IMG/VR virus record: IMGVR_UViG_3300024265_000032
Source of the DNA: a virus
Taxonomy: Duplodnaviria; Heunggongvirae; Uroviricota; Caudoviricetes
DNA: 64,000 bases
Reading direction: 5' to 3' (one strand)
Under the pieces are notes generated by a model, which saw only the letters and a list, made by a program, of their open reading frames with translations, did not search any database and had not been told where the DNA came from. Positions 10,566-19,236 of the stretch are shown one piece after another. Each line of letters starts with the position of its first letter. Position 1 is the stretch's first letter. A program made the position numbers and the translations under genes.

Positions 10566-11669
10566 AGTGTTATTCTAGTTATCGGTCCATCGGCGAGATG
10601 GGCTCATGGTCCGAAAACAATTCGAGATGCCGAACCGCGATCGGTCCGATAATTTCTTCCCATCGTCGCTTCATGTCAGTTATCGGTCGTACCGGCTCAC
10701 CGTTGAGCGCATCCAACATTCCGATAATCTCCCGTTTTTCGGTGTTATCCAACGTCTGATAACATTCAATGGAAACCTTGTTTTGGTCCCAAAACCAATG
10801 TAGTTTCTGGACCATATGGAAACGTCCGATACCTTCCGGCTTCCTGCTGAGCCGATAATTGCCACTTGTTATCGGAGTACGAGAGTACGTCCGAATAATC
10901 GAAATCCCATGTGGAGAATAGTGAAAAACCAACATATTATCGCTCCTTGATTGCCAGTTGTGCCGTCCGATAATTCGTATGTAAACGTCCGATAGTGATT
11001 CGGTTACGCACCGTATCATGTCCGATAAGCCGTATCGAACCGGATGTAAGTGTTACTGTAACGAAGCCATCTTGTTCCGATAACGTCCTGGCGAACAGCG
11101 TCCCATAACTCATCGCCATCTGGTCCGATAAGTTAGTCTCGTGCGCCTCTGGGCAATTATCGGTCGCCGGAATCGTGATCGTTGCACGTCCCATAATATC
11201 CTCCTTTAGAACCATAGTCCGAGAACTGTGATGATAATCGTGTGTCCGATAACCATCATCCAGAATTGTTTTTCGCGTCCCATAATACTACTCCGTAAAG
11301 CACTGGAAAGAACAGTCCGGTAATCCTCGATACTGCGAATTCCGGAAATTGTTGGACCCATAACATCCGCATTGCCACCATCCTGCGATGGCTGAATTTC
11401 GGACCAAACCCTGTCCGCAATTAGGACACTTGCCCGTAGAAACGACCGATATTGCCTCGGCTTTGCATTCGGCAAGGCGTTTTTTATCACACGTAAGGCA
11501 CGTCCCAGAATAACGGCTTCTCACGCGCCCACAACGACATTTTAATCTGAGTCCCATAATTATCCCTTTCTGTGCCACTGTCCGGTAACATCGTACAGAT
11601 CGGCTGCGGTCATCGGAAGTTTAGGTCCGAAAAAAAACTCTTTGATTGTCGTCAGCAAACGTCTCATAA

Positions 11670-11905
11670 TTATCCCCTTTTTGCTTCACTACATTATACG
11701 ATTCAAAAACCAGGAAATCAAGCCCGATAACCAACTATTACAAAATTCTTTTTTCGTCCTATAACTATGGCCATGGCTAGCCGTCAGCCCCGAAACGTCG
11801 TTATTACAGGGACCGTCTTATAAGTATTCACGTACACGACCACAGACCAAACGATTACCCGGACCGTCCGATAATGCCCTCACGGCGGTCCGATAACTAC
11901 TACTC
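11670..11905 (+). repeat. higher-order repeat copy 3 (partial)
   Basis: cgtcttataagtattcacgtacacgaccacagaccaaacgattacccggaccgtccgataatgccctcacggcggtccgataac; ~1.36 kb after copy 2. Confidence 0.65.
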
Positions 11906-13032
11906 TACTGCTGAACGTCTGATAACTAGATGAGAGAGAGAAGGTCTGATAACTAGAACTGTCGCTGCGAGGTGTTGGTCTGATAACTACTGCTGCTTGG
12001 TAGTCCGATAACCTCACGATACTGGCAAACGCAAAGGGCCGATAACTCGACCCCATTCGGCGCGTCGTCTTTGTTATAGGACGCAATGGAAAGCGTCCGA
12101 TACTGCTATGCCGTACTGGCACGTCTCATAACTTGGCCAGTTTATCGGAAGTCTAGGAGCATGGTCGTAATTATCGGTCGTTTCTACGATGTCGGCGTCG
12201 ATGTCCGATAACCATTTCAGAAAGTCTGATAACCAAATGGTTGGAATTACTGCATACTCGGACCACCACTTATCGGAACCGCAAACCTCTTCGGCGATCT
12301 TGGTCCGATATTTCACAAATGTCATTTGCATGTTATTGGCCCATCCCATAACAGTTGTTGTTATCGGAGCACACGAAGTGGCCACTGTTCGGTCCGATAA
12401 CTCCGATGCCTTCGGCGGTCCGATAAAGTTTTAGGTCACATCCGGATGTTAGTCCGATAAGAGCCAGGATCACGAGTCGTCCGATAATCTTCATTTCGAT
12501 TCTTCGCTCGTTGCGAGGTTATGTCCGATAACTCTAGCCACCGATGGCTGCTTGAATTTCGGACGTTACATGAGAGAAGAGTCCCATAACTTTAGAAACA
12601 ACGACCCAACCGATAGTGGCCGTCACTGCGAGTCCGATAAGTTTGGTGGTCATGGCTTTGCCTTTCGTTCGTTTGGTGTCTCTATCCTATCTACATGATA
12701 GCATTAGTTATACCGAATAGCAAGAGAAAAGGAAAAGAATCTTTTGGTCCGATAACTCGCCTTGCTCGTCGAGCAAGCAAGGTCTGATAACAAGCTGATA
12801 GCATAGTCTGATAACAAAAGGAAGGTACTAGTCCGATAACGGAACTCGGTTGGGGGTCGCCCGGAAATATGGATAGGTCCGATAACTCGGGTGGGTCCGA
12901 TAACCCATGGGGGTTTAGGCACAACAGGGTCAAAAAAGCCAGAGCCTACAACTTTTCGTGTACATGATATCTAACCCAGAGCCCATTCGCTTTACCCCAT
13001 ACACTTTTTTCCCAAAAAAAATCGAAGACACT

Positions 13033-13064
13033 TGGCACAAGCGATGCAGTTGCACGTATAATGG
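13033..13064 (+). promoter_or_regulatory. sigma70-like promoter (TTGGCA N19 TATAAT) for small ORF at 13083
   Basis: cttggcacaagcgatgcagttgcacgtataatgg; first plus-strand promoter after the repeat array. Confidence 0.45.
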
Positions 13065-13082
13065 AATAGAAGGAGAAATGAT

Positions 13083-13232
13083 ATGTTGACGAAGAAACAA
13101 CGAGACGAGATTCGCAAAGGACTTGTTCATTGTGATTTAAGTCCCTTGGATGAGAGCGAACGTAACCTAGAAACTTGCCTCAACGATCTAGACGAGAAAG
13201 ACATCATCATCAAGCAATTCGAAAATGAGTGA
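13083..13232 (+). CDS. small acidic protein (49 aa, MLTKKQRDEIRKGL...)
   Basis: AAGGAG RBS 8 nt upstream; preceded by TATAAT. Confidence 0.4.
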   Translation: MLTKKQRDEIRKGLVHCDLSPLDESERNLETCLNDLDEKDIIIKQFENE

Positions 13233-13325
13233 GGTAGACTCCCGCTCTTCCCCCCTCTCTTTCCTCCACCCCCCCGTATTATCGGCTAGAAAAAAATCGA
13301 AACGAAGTGGGACAAGGGTGTGTGT

Positions 13326-13350
13326 TTCACGTATAATAAGGTATCAGGAG
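13326..13350 (+). promoter_or_regulatory. promoter-like CACGTATAAT followed by 5-prime hairpin ATCAGG-AGTA-CCTGAT
   Basis: tcacgtataataaggtatcaggagtacctgatcc. Confidence 0.4.
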
Positions 13351-13393
13351 TACCTGATCCCAGAGCTTCGCACGGTTTTTGAAAGAAACAGAT

Positions 13394-13504
13394 ATGAGTT
13401 TTTTTACTGCCTTACTATGCGGTGTGATTTGTACAGCGATAATAGCCTTTGTGGCGATCAAGTTCGTTGTCCCTTTCATGGATCATATTAGTAATCGACT
13501 AGTA
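13394..13504 (+). CDS. small hydrophobic peptide (~36 aa, MSFFTALLCGVICTAIIAFVAIKFVVPF...)
   Basis: single TM-like peptide; weak RBS. Confidence 0.3.
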
Positions 13505-13695
13505 TGAACTCCCTTTTTGCGTCCTGCTCCCCTGGAGATCGTAATGTCTATTTACTCGCCGTATCCGGACAACGAAAGAGACAAACAGATAAATAGAGAA
13601 GTCAACAGATTTGTTGCGCGGTGCTTGGCTATATCATTTGGTCTGCTTGTCATCGTGTGTTTCGTTGCTGCAATAGTCTAAAAGAAAGAAAAAAA

Positions 13696-14022
13696 ATGAT
13701 CACCGTAACAAAATTAGCTGCACGAGAAATAAAGAAGATCATCGAAGAGAAGAACAGATCGACAGACCTGTATCTTCGCATTGGAGTCCTGGGTGGAGGT
13801 TGCAGCGGCTTCCGTTACTCTCTAGAACTGACAACGGAAAAGACAGACAACGATGAGGTTTATCCTCAACACGGTATCGTGGTTATCTGTGATCCCAAGA
13901 GTCATCTGTATTTAGATGGCACAACGGTAGGCTTTAGTGACGAAGTCATGGGTCGTGGATTCGTGTTCAATAATCCTAACGCCACCAATCGTTGTGGATG
14001 CGGAAGCAGTTTTTCAGCTTAG
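13696..14022 (+). CDS. A-type Fe-S cluster carrier (IscA/HesB/SufA family)
   Basis: LRIGVLGGGCSGFRYSLEL ... NPNATNRCGCGSSFSA: the three conserved Cys (C-x...-C-G-C) and C-terminal CGCGxSF signature of HesB/IscA. Confidence 0.8.
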   Translation: MITVTKLAAREIKKIIEEKNRSTDLYLRIGVLGGGCSGFRYSLELTTEKTDNDEVYPQHGIVVICDPKSHLYLDGTTVGFSDEVMGRGFVFNNPNATNRCGCGSSFSA

Positions 14023-14067
14023 AGGAAAAAATGACTCCATCTATTATTGAGCCAAAGGAATAGAAAA

Positions 14068-14364
14068 ATGTTTCAACCTACAACATACGTCAAGATCATC
14101 TGTGTCCTGCTTGTTATCAAAGGCATGTCTTTGTACTATGAGGACTTTATTGCCTTCACTGCCGACAACGAATATATGACCGAATGTATCATGCACGATC
14201 CGCTCACACCTGTCGATTATGAATTTTATTATCTCGATGAGGCGGTTTACGTCGTCACTTACGAAGGACGTACCCGATGGAACGGCGAAAAATGCAAAGA
14301 GCGTAAATGCGTGGATGTCACAGAATACAGGCGAGCTAAGGCTGTCGTTGGAGAACAGAAATGA
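14068..14364 (+). CDS. hypothetical protein with N-terminal TM segment
   Basis: ORF track; AAGGAA RBS. Confidence 0.5.
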   Translation: MFQPTTYVKIICVLLVIKGMSLYYEDFIAFTADNEYMTECIMHDPLTPVDYEFYYLDEAVYVVTYEGRTRWNGEKCKERKCVDVTEYRRAKAVVGEQK

Positions 14365-14810
14365 ATAGTTTGACCACGAAGGAATACGATACGATTACAA
14401 ACAGGAATCTTTGTCCTGACTGCGGTGCTAAGAACCAATTTTTGGCTGGACCATGTGGTGGTGGAAGTCAGAACATTATATGCGCCGTATGTCACATGAG
14501 ATTCAACATCGGCCCTGGCTCTGGCGAACGCATCGGAAAAGAAGAACATGTCAAGCTTGATCCGATCGCTATTGATGAAGGAACCATGTCTTGGAGCAAA
14601 CAAAATAGATTCGAGTACTTAACACATTCGTGTGGCGGAAGTCTTGATCTACACACGATTGATCATGATACATCAGCCTTGTTGTGTAGAAAGTGTGGAA
14701 TGAGGCAGGTGTTTAAGGACCATCGAATCGTTGATATGGAAACCACTTCTTACAAGACTCTTGCTTTTTTCGAGTATATCCGTGACAACAACCCTATTAC
14801 TGGGAGATAG
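14361..14810 (+). CDS. multi-Zn-ribbon protein (149 aa)
   Basis: CPDCG...CAVCH...CRKCG; start overlaps upstream stop (ATGA). Confidence 0.55.
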   Translation: MNSLTTKEYDTITNRNLCPDCGAKNQFLAGPCGGGSQNIICAVCHMRFNIGPGSGERIGKEEHVKLDPIAIDEGTMSWSKQNRFEYLTHSCGGSLDLHTIDHDTSALLCRKCGMRQVFKDHRIVDMETTSYKTLAFFEYIRDNNPITGR

Positions 14811-14812
14811 AA

Positions 14813-15130
14813 ATGAAAATAAGACACTGTGATCGATGTCACAAGGAAATTAAACCTGATGCTCCAGATGCGGTTCAGCATGAAGAAGATTTCTTCGTGA
14901 TCAAAGTGGAGCACATGGCGAAGATCGGCAGTTGCGTGAGTTCATGGGAGACGATCGAAATGGAAGTATGCAAAAAATGTGCTAAGCACGTACTTCCTGA
15001 AACCGAATTCAAGGGTCTTCCGTCAGAAGTGGTGGCAAAGCGGCAGGCAGAAGTGAGTGACATACCCCAATCACACGCCGCATCTTTTTTCAATGAGTCG
15101 GGAAAGATCACTAGAGGTGAAAAGCCATAA
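14813..15130 (+). CDS. Zn-ribbon protein (105 aa)
   Basis: HCDRCHK...CKKCAKH. Confidence 0.55.
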   Translation: MKIRHCDRCHKEIKPDAPDAVQHEEDFFVIKVEHMAKIGSCVSSWETIEMEVCKKCAKHVLPETEFKGLPSEVVAKRQAEVSDIPQSHAASFFNESGKITRGEKP

Positions 15131-15342
15131 TGGCTAAAGACCTTAGACACTTCGATGTAGAAGACAAAGACTTGGGATTTGATCACATATGGGTTATCGT
15201 CAATGACAGCAATTTTGTACAGACTTCGTGTTGGTCTGAAATCTATCGCGATTTATGGCTCAAAGAACATCCAACCCATGTGGCTATTCGATACGAGAAA
15301 ACGAACCCGACCCCACCAGATTGTCTGGGAGAGGATCAGTAA
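15130..15342 (+). CDS. hypothetical protein (70 aa)
   Basis: ATAATGG stop-start overlap. Confidence 0.5.
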   Translation: MAKDLRHFDVEDKDLGFDHIWVIVNDSNFVQTSCWSEIYRDLWLKEHPTHVAIRYEKTNPTPPDCLGEDQ

Positions 15343-15770
15343 TGGATGAGAAAATAACTGGATCACTTTTGAACGGGAACTTGATTGCGATGTATGTCCT
15401 GTTCCATGACGGCACAAAGCCATATAAGACACTGGCATTTACCCTAGACAATTGCGATCTGATGAACGTGGATATCGACGATCGCGGAGAGCCTATGGGG
15501 GTAGAAATCATATACGTGGATTCTCCGACAGACAAAGGGTGTTTCATATTCGACACCAATCACAGAGCGAAAAAAGAAGCAATCGTGCGACGGCTACTTG
15601 CTGCAATCACTCGTTTGACCATGATTCGTATGATGCAAGAGGCTCTGACTGAGGAAGTCAATATGTGTCTCAATGTGATCGTAGACAGCGGCATGTACTC
15701 AACGACCGATTTCAACATAGTAGACGGCAAATGCAAGGTAATCCAAAAGAATCCGGAGGATGAGTCGTGA
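15342..15770 (+). CDS. hypothetical protein (~142 aa)
   Basis: TAATG overlap with upstream stop; in frame with track ORF 15255..15770. Confidence 0.5.
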   Translation: MDEKITGSLLNGNLIAMYVLFHDGTKPYKTLAFTLDNCDLMNVDIDDRGEPMGVEIIYVDSPTDKGCFIFDTNHRAKKEAIVRRLLAAITRLTMIRMMQEALTEEVNMCLNVIVDSGMYSTTDFNIVDGKCKVIQKNPEDES

Positions 15771-15979
15771 GTTATTTTTGCCAAGTATGTGGAACAACAG
15801 ACCTTAAACTGAAACACGTCAGAGTCTATCTGAACTGGTTCCCTAACTGCGGTGATGCGCCACAAATGGAATTGCTTGATCCAGATGAAAAAACGGATCA
15901 TGGAGTAGTGTTGTGTTCTGGCTGCATCTGCTGTATGGCTGCGAAAGCGATGGAACAAGGTCTGGTAGCAGGGACTTAG
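15767..15979 (+). CDS. Cys-rich small protein (70 aa)
   Basis: CQVCG...CSGCICC. Confidence 0.45.
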   Translation: MSYFCQVCGTTDLKLKHVRVYLNWFPNCGDAPQMELLDPDEKTDHGVVLCSGCICCMAAKAMEQGLVAGT

Positions 15980-15988
15980 GAGCAAATT

Positions 15989-16192
15989 GTGGGAAAGTGC
16001 AATACTGCCCAATGTTGTTTTTGCAAGGCGTATATCGTGAATCAAAGTAGACATCGCATAATCATCGACAAAGTTGATATGGCTGGAATTGTCCGTAAAA
16101 ACGTGGACCAGTATCCTAACATATGCGACGATTGCATGGCCGAAGTCCGGAGAGCGATAGGCAACCTCGACATGTCCAAGCCGCCAGGATAA
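15989..16192 (+). CDS. Cys-rich small protein (67 aa)
   Basis: CNTAQCCFC...CDDC. Confidence 0.45.
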   Translation: MGKCNTAQCCFCKAYIVNQSRHRIIIDKVDMAGIVRKNVDQYPNICDDCMAEVRRAIGNLDMSKPPG

Positions 16193-16208
16193 TATGAGGA
16201 AAAATAAA

Positions 16209-16376
16209 TGAACAACAAAAATGTGTTGATTGAGTTCGCATTGATAGTTTCTATGGTTTTGATCATTACATCAATATTTCTCCTGTGGATTAACACTTCT
16301 GCGACCCCCATACAGAGCCAAGAAACACCCCTAGACAAAACGATCTACCCCAGGATGTACCAGGACTACCCTTGAA
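16209..16376 (+). CDS. small membrane protein (~55 aa, MNNKNVLIEFALIVSMVLIITSIFLLW...)
   Basis: GAGGAAAAATAA-ATG; one TM helix. Confidence 0.4.
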
Positions 16377-16529
16377 CCTTTTTGCGTCCTGCTGAGCCAA
16401 TATGAGAAAAATGCACAAACAACCCATAGGAGTCAGAAATGACAAGAATGGCTGTGCTCGTATCGCGATTGTCAAAGATGGCGTTTGGTACTGGACAGAT
16501 TATTTGTATTAAGAGAGGCAGGCAATTTC

Positions 16530-16703
16530 ATGCTACAACAGTGTTGTGTCAAATGTGGAACAGATGTCGATGAAATCAACCTATTCTCGATTGGTGGGTG
16601 TATTCTAACCGAGAAGAACGAAAAGTGCGAGATCAAGGTGTATCTATGTAGTGGGTGTCGCGATGAATTTTGGAATGACTTCATAGGCGAGAAGCCTATC
16701 TAG
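16530..16703 (+). CDS. Zn-ribbon small protein (MLQQCCVKCG...CSGC)
   Basis: GAGGCAGG RBS before internal Met of track ORF 16485..16703. Confidence 0.4.
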   Translation: MLQQCCVKCGTDVDEINLFSIGGCILTEKNEKCEIKVYLCSGCRDEFWNDFIGEKPI

Positions 16704-16711
16704 GAGAAAAC

Positions 16712-17002
16712 ATGTTAGATACAAACAAGACGAGTAACTGGCAAATTGGTGTTGTTGTCGTAATGATTATAGTGGCTATAGTGTCTGGTTGTTTATTTCT
16801 TGCTTTGCGAGATACCGTGTATTCTTGCGAGTGCGTCCTTACTCAACCATTAGTTGCTGTCTCAGGAGAGATTGAGTATCCTGGTACAATATATTCTGTG
16901 ACGTGTCGCGGGACGACAAAAGGGACAGGTAAAGTTTGTACGAAGTCTGTGTGGGTTACAATGTCCGAGTATGAGCGGGTGATGTATGGGAGGAAGAACT
17001 GA
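16712..17002 (+). CDS. membrane protein (96 aa)
   Basis: N-terminal TM helix (IGVVVVMIIVAIVSGCLFLAL). Confidence 0.5.
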   Translation: MLDTNKTSNWQIGVVVVMIIVAIVSGCLFLALRDTVYSCECVLTQPLVAVSGEIEYPGTIYSVTCRGTTKGTGKVCTKSVWVTMSEYERVMYGRKN

Positions 17003-17274
17003 TGAATAAGGTTGATTGGAGACCGAGGCGACCTAAAGATTATGCTTATGCTCGAATCGGCAGAATCTGCATGAATTGTAATTCATGGACTACGCTGAGT
17101 GGTAATTACGTGTGGTACGCTTCTGTGTCTCTGAATAGTATTTCTTCTTCGAGAAGACAAGGACCACGAAGACGTTCATTGGCAAAAGCCAAGAGTGACG
17201 CTGTTCGATTGGCTCGTGAAATGTTGGATGATTATCGGATGGCCATAGACATAGAAACAAAGAATTTTGAATAG
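17002..17274 (+). CDS. paralog A of a 3-member small-protein family (KW..., ...SLAKAKSDAVRLAREMLDDY...NFE)
   Basis: aligns with products of 18453..18740 and 18959..19234. Confidence 0.55.
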   Translation: MNKVDWRPRRPKDYAYARIGRICMNCNSWTTLSGNYVWYASVSLNSISSSRRQGPRRRSLAKAKSDAVRLAREMLDDYRMAIDIETKNFE

Positions 17275-17404
17275 GAGTGTTGTCAATGGAATGGTTGCTT
17301 TTGATCTGGTGTCGAATTGCTCATGGTAAGTACCGTGCACGACACGTAGACGTTACTGGATTTCCGGACGCGACTACTTATGTCATATGTAGTAGGTGTG
17401 GCCG

Positions 17405-18304
17405 ATGAAAATTCAATACATTGAGAAAAGGTTCTCCAAGACATCGCTGGCTATCATTGCCCATGCCAATACCATTATTTACGAATACGCTCAACAAGGG
17501 TACATCCTGACGCTTCGTCAGTTGTACTATCAGTTCGTCGCCAGAGACCTGATAGCTAATAAGCAATCTGAATACAAAAGGTTAGGTTCAGTCATTGCTG
17601 ATGGTCGGTTGGCCGGGATGATTGATTGGGATTCAATCGAGGATCGTGGTCGTAAGGTAAATAGCCCTAGTACGTGGGGAAATCCTTCTGAGATCATCGA
17701 AACATGTGCGAAACAATTCAAACTCGATTTGTGGGCCGGTCAGGAATTTCGTCCCGAAGTGTGGATAGAGAAAGAGGCGCTGCTTTCGATTGCCGAGGCT
17801 GCTTGTGAACCATTGAGGGTGCCGTATTTCGCCTGCAAGGGTTACGTCAGTCAAAGCGCAATGTGGGCCGCTGGGGCTAAGAGGATTACTAAATACATCA
17901 AGGATGGGCAGATTCCCGTTATCATCCATCTTGGAGACCACGACCCAAGTGGTATCGACATGACTCGCGACATTTTCGATCGACTCGATATGTTCGCTTG
18001 TCAACCGATCGAGGTTTCTCGCATTGCTCTAAATATGGATCAGGTGGTCGAGCATAACCCGCCGCCCAATCCCGCCAAGATTACTGATTCTCGGTTCCAG
18101 ACTTATGCTGCCAAGCATGGGGATGAGTCGTGGGAGTTGGATGCTCTGTCTCCGAAGGTTTTGGTCAATTTGATTCAGGGGAAAATTTTGGAGATGCGAG
18201 ACGACAAAATGTGGAGTGTTGTTTACGAGCAGGAAAATCAAGAGAAAGCAACTCTTGCTGCTATTGCGGAGAACTATGAATTTATTAAGGGGACTGTGGA
18301 ATGA
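17405..18304 (+). CDS. Spo11/topoisomerase VI subunit A-like protein (Mini-A-like: winged-helix catalytic Tyr + Toprim)
   Basis: TLRQLYYQFV (5Y-CAP-type R..YY active-site context), EVWIEKEALL (Toprim Glu), IIHLGDHDPSGIDM (Toprim DxD); ~300 aa; no GHKL B-subunit adjacent; AGGTG RBS before ATG at 17405. Confidence 0.55.
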   Translation: MKIQYIEKRFSKTSLAIIAHANTIIYEYAQQGYILTLRQLYYQFVARDLIANKQSEYKRLGSVIADGRLAGMIDWDSIEDRGRKVNSPSTWGNPSEIIETCAKQFKLDLWAGQEFRPEVWIEKEALLSIAEAACEPLRVPYFACKGYVSQSAMWAAGAKRITKYIKDGQIPVIIHLGDHDPSGIDMTRDIFDRLDMFACQPIEVSRIALNMDQVVEHNPPPNPAKITDSRFQTYAAKHGDESWELDALSPKVLVNLIQGKILEMRDDKMWSVVYEQENQEKATLAAIAENYEFIKGTVE

Positions 18305-18401
18305 AACTGTCATGTTTTGTAGTCATTTTGGTACTGGATATCCAAAACTTGGTCTGATAACTAACAAAATATTTCTGTTTTAATTGGAACACGGTTGGGT
18401 T

Positions 18402-18445
18402 TTGGACGTATAATGAGGTAGAAGTCGGGAGTACCCGACTACGGA
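18402..18445 (+). promoter_or_regulatory. early-type promoter TTGGACGTATAATGAG plus 5-prime-UTR hairpin GTCGGG-AGTA-CCCGAC
   Basis: ttttggacgtataatgaggtagaagtcgggagtacccgactacgg immediately upstream of 18453. Confidence 0.55.
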
Positions 18446-18452
18446 GATAGAC

Positions 18453-18740
18453 ATGAAAGAAATCAAATGGGAATCAACATTTCCAAACCATGTCCACGGC
18501 AACCTTGGATGTGTTCATTTACATTGTCGCAGGTCAGAGACGGAAACCAGAAAAAAAAGATGGTGTGGTCGTGCGTATATCATTGGCCTTAATACCTACG
18601 TCCCAAACGGTCCACTAAGGCATTCTCTGGCAAAAGCCAAGGAAGACTGTATTTGTCAGGCTCGTGAAATTATGCTCAATTTCCGGGAGGGTGTGATAGA
18701 AGAACTTAAGAATTTCGACTTGTTGATGGAACAGGAGTAG
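18453..18740 (+). CDS. paralog B of small-protein family
   Basis: MKEIKWES...HSLAKAKEDCICQAREIMLNFREG...LKNF. Confidence 0.55.
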   Translation: MKEIKWESTFPNHVHGNLGCVHLHCRRSETETRKKRWCGRAYIIGLNTYVPNGPLRHSLAKAKEDCICQAREIMLNFREGVIEELKNFDLLMEQE

Positions 18741-18743
18741 AAG

Positions 18744-18962
18744 ATGCACGTAACGGACAAACAACATGATCACAAGCTTCGTGTTTTTGTCGTGGCGGCT
18801 TTTGAGGTAGACACAAGCGATCTCAAAACTTCAGATGAATTGATCAAGGTTGCGACGATGGATACAGTCAACAAGGCTCTGATTAAGGCGTTCGGGGAGT
18901 TTGACACGGTGAGGTTTATGGGCACCACCTTGGCTTCTGGAAAGCCTGTAGATAAATCATGA
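18744..18962 (+). CDS. hypothetical protein (72 aa)
   Basis: ORF track. Confidence 0.5.
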   Translation: MHVTDKQHDHKLRVFVVAAFEVDTSDLKTSDELIKVATMDTVNKALIKAFGEFDTVRFMGTTLASGKPVDKS

Positions 18963-19234
18963 ATGCCGTCAAATGGGAAACATCGGGAGGTGGCAGGTAC
19001 GCTCGTGTTACGATTGGTGCTCTAGACTTGCGATGTAGCGTGTGGCACGAAGAAGGTACGAAATGCTGGATGGCTACCGTCATGTTCCCAGACACTAAGA
19101 CCATGAGGATCGGAGAACTTTGTTCCTCTATGGCAGCATGTAAAGAAGAGGTTTTCAAGGTAGCTCGTGAGATGTTGGAAGACCATTATGTCGCTGTTAA
19201 GGTTGAGATGGCGAACTTTGGGATGGGAGAGTAA
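18959..19234 (+). CDS. paralog C of small-protein family
   Basis: MNAVKWETS...ACKEEVFKVAREMLEDHYVAVKVEMANF. Confidence 0.55.
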   Translation: MNAVKWETSGGGRYARVTIGALDLRCSVWHEEGTKCWMATVMFPDTKTMRIGELCSSMAACKEEVFKVAREMLEDHYVAVKVEMANFGMGE

Positions 19235-19236
19235 AA

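Larger units (their letters stand above)
8300..12910. repeat. 4.6-kb ORF-free array of >80 degenerate short motifs GTCC[G/T/C]ATAA[C/T] (both orientations; spacing ~20-60 bp)
   Basis: direct reading: gtccgataac/gtccgataat/gtcctataa/gtcccataa and their reverse complement ttatcgg(a/t)c recur throughout; densest 8820-9060 and 11880-12910 (~20-30 bp spacing). Confidence 0.9.

Noticed and set aside
8300-12910. Possible CRISPR array
   Set aside because: The repeats are only 9-10 bp, degenerate, in both orientations and irregularly spaced. A CRISPR array has 25-40 bp direct repeats with uniform spacers.
8656-12933. Numerous 60-150-aa ORFs on both strands inside the repeat region (e.g. 8670..9119, 8800..9153, 10579..11019, 11880..12122, 12691..12933)
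   Set aside because: Their translations are dominated by recurring YRT/IGP/SDK peptides, which are just the GTCCGATAA motif read in frame. There is no RBS pattern, and they overlap each other on both strands. They are artefacts of the repeat.
13225-13491. 88-aa ORF spanning promoter-like and hairpin elements
   Set aside because: It covers a promoter-like motif and a leader hairpin. The smaller hydrophobic ORF at ~13394 with its own start fits better, and even that call is weak.
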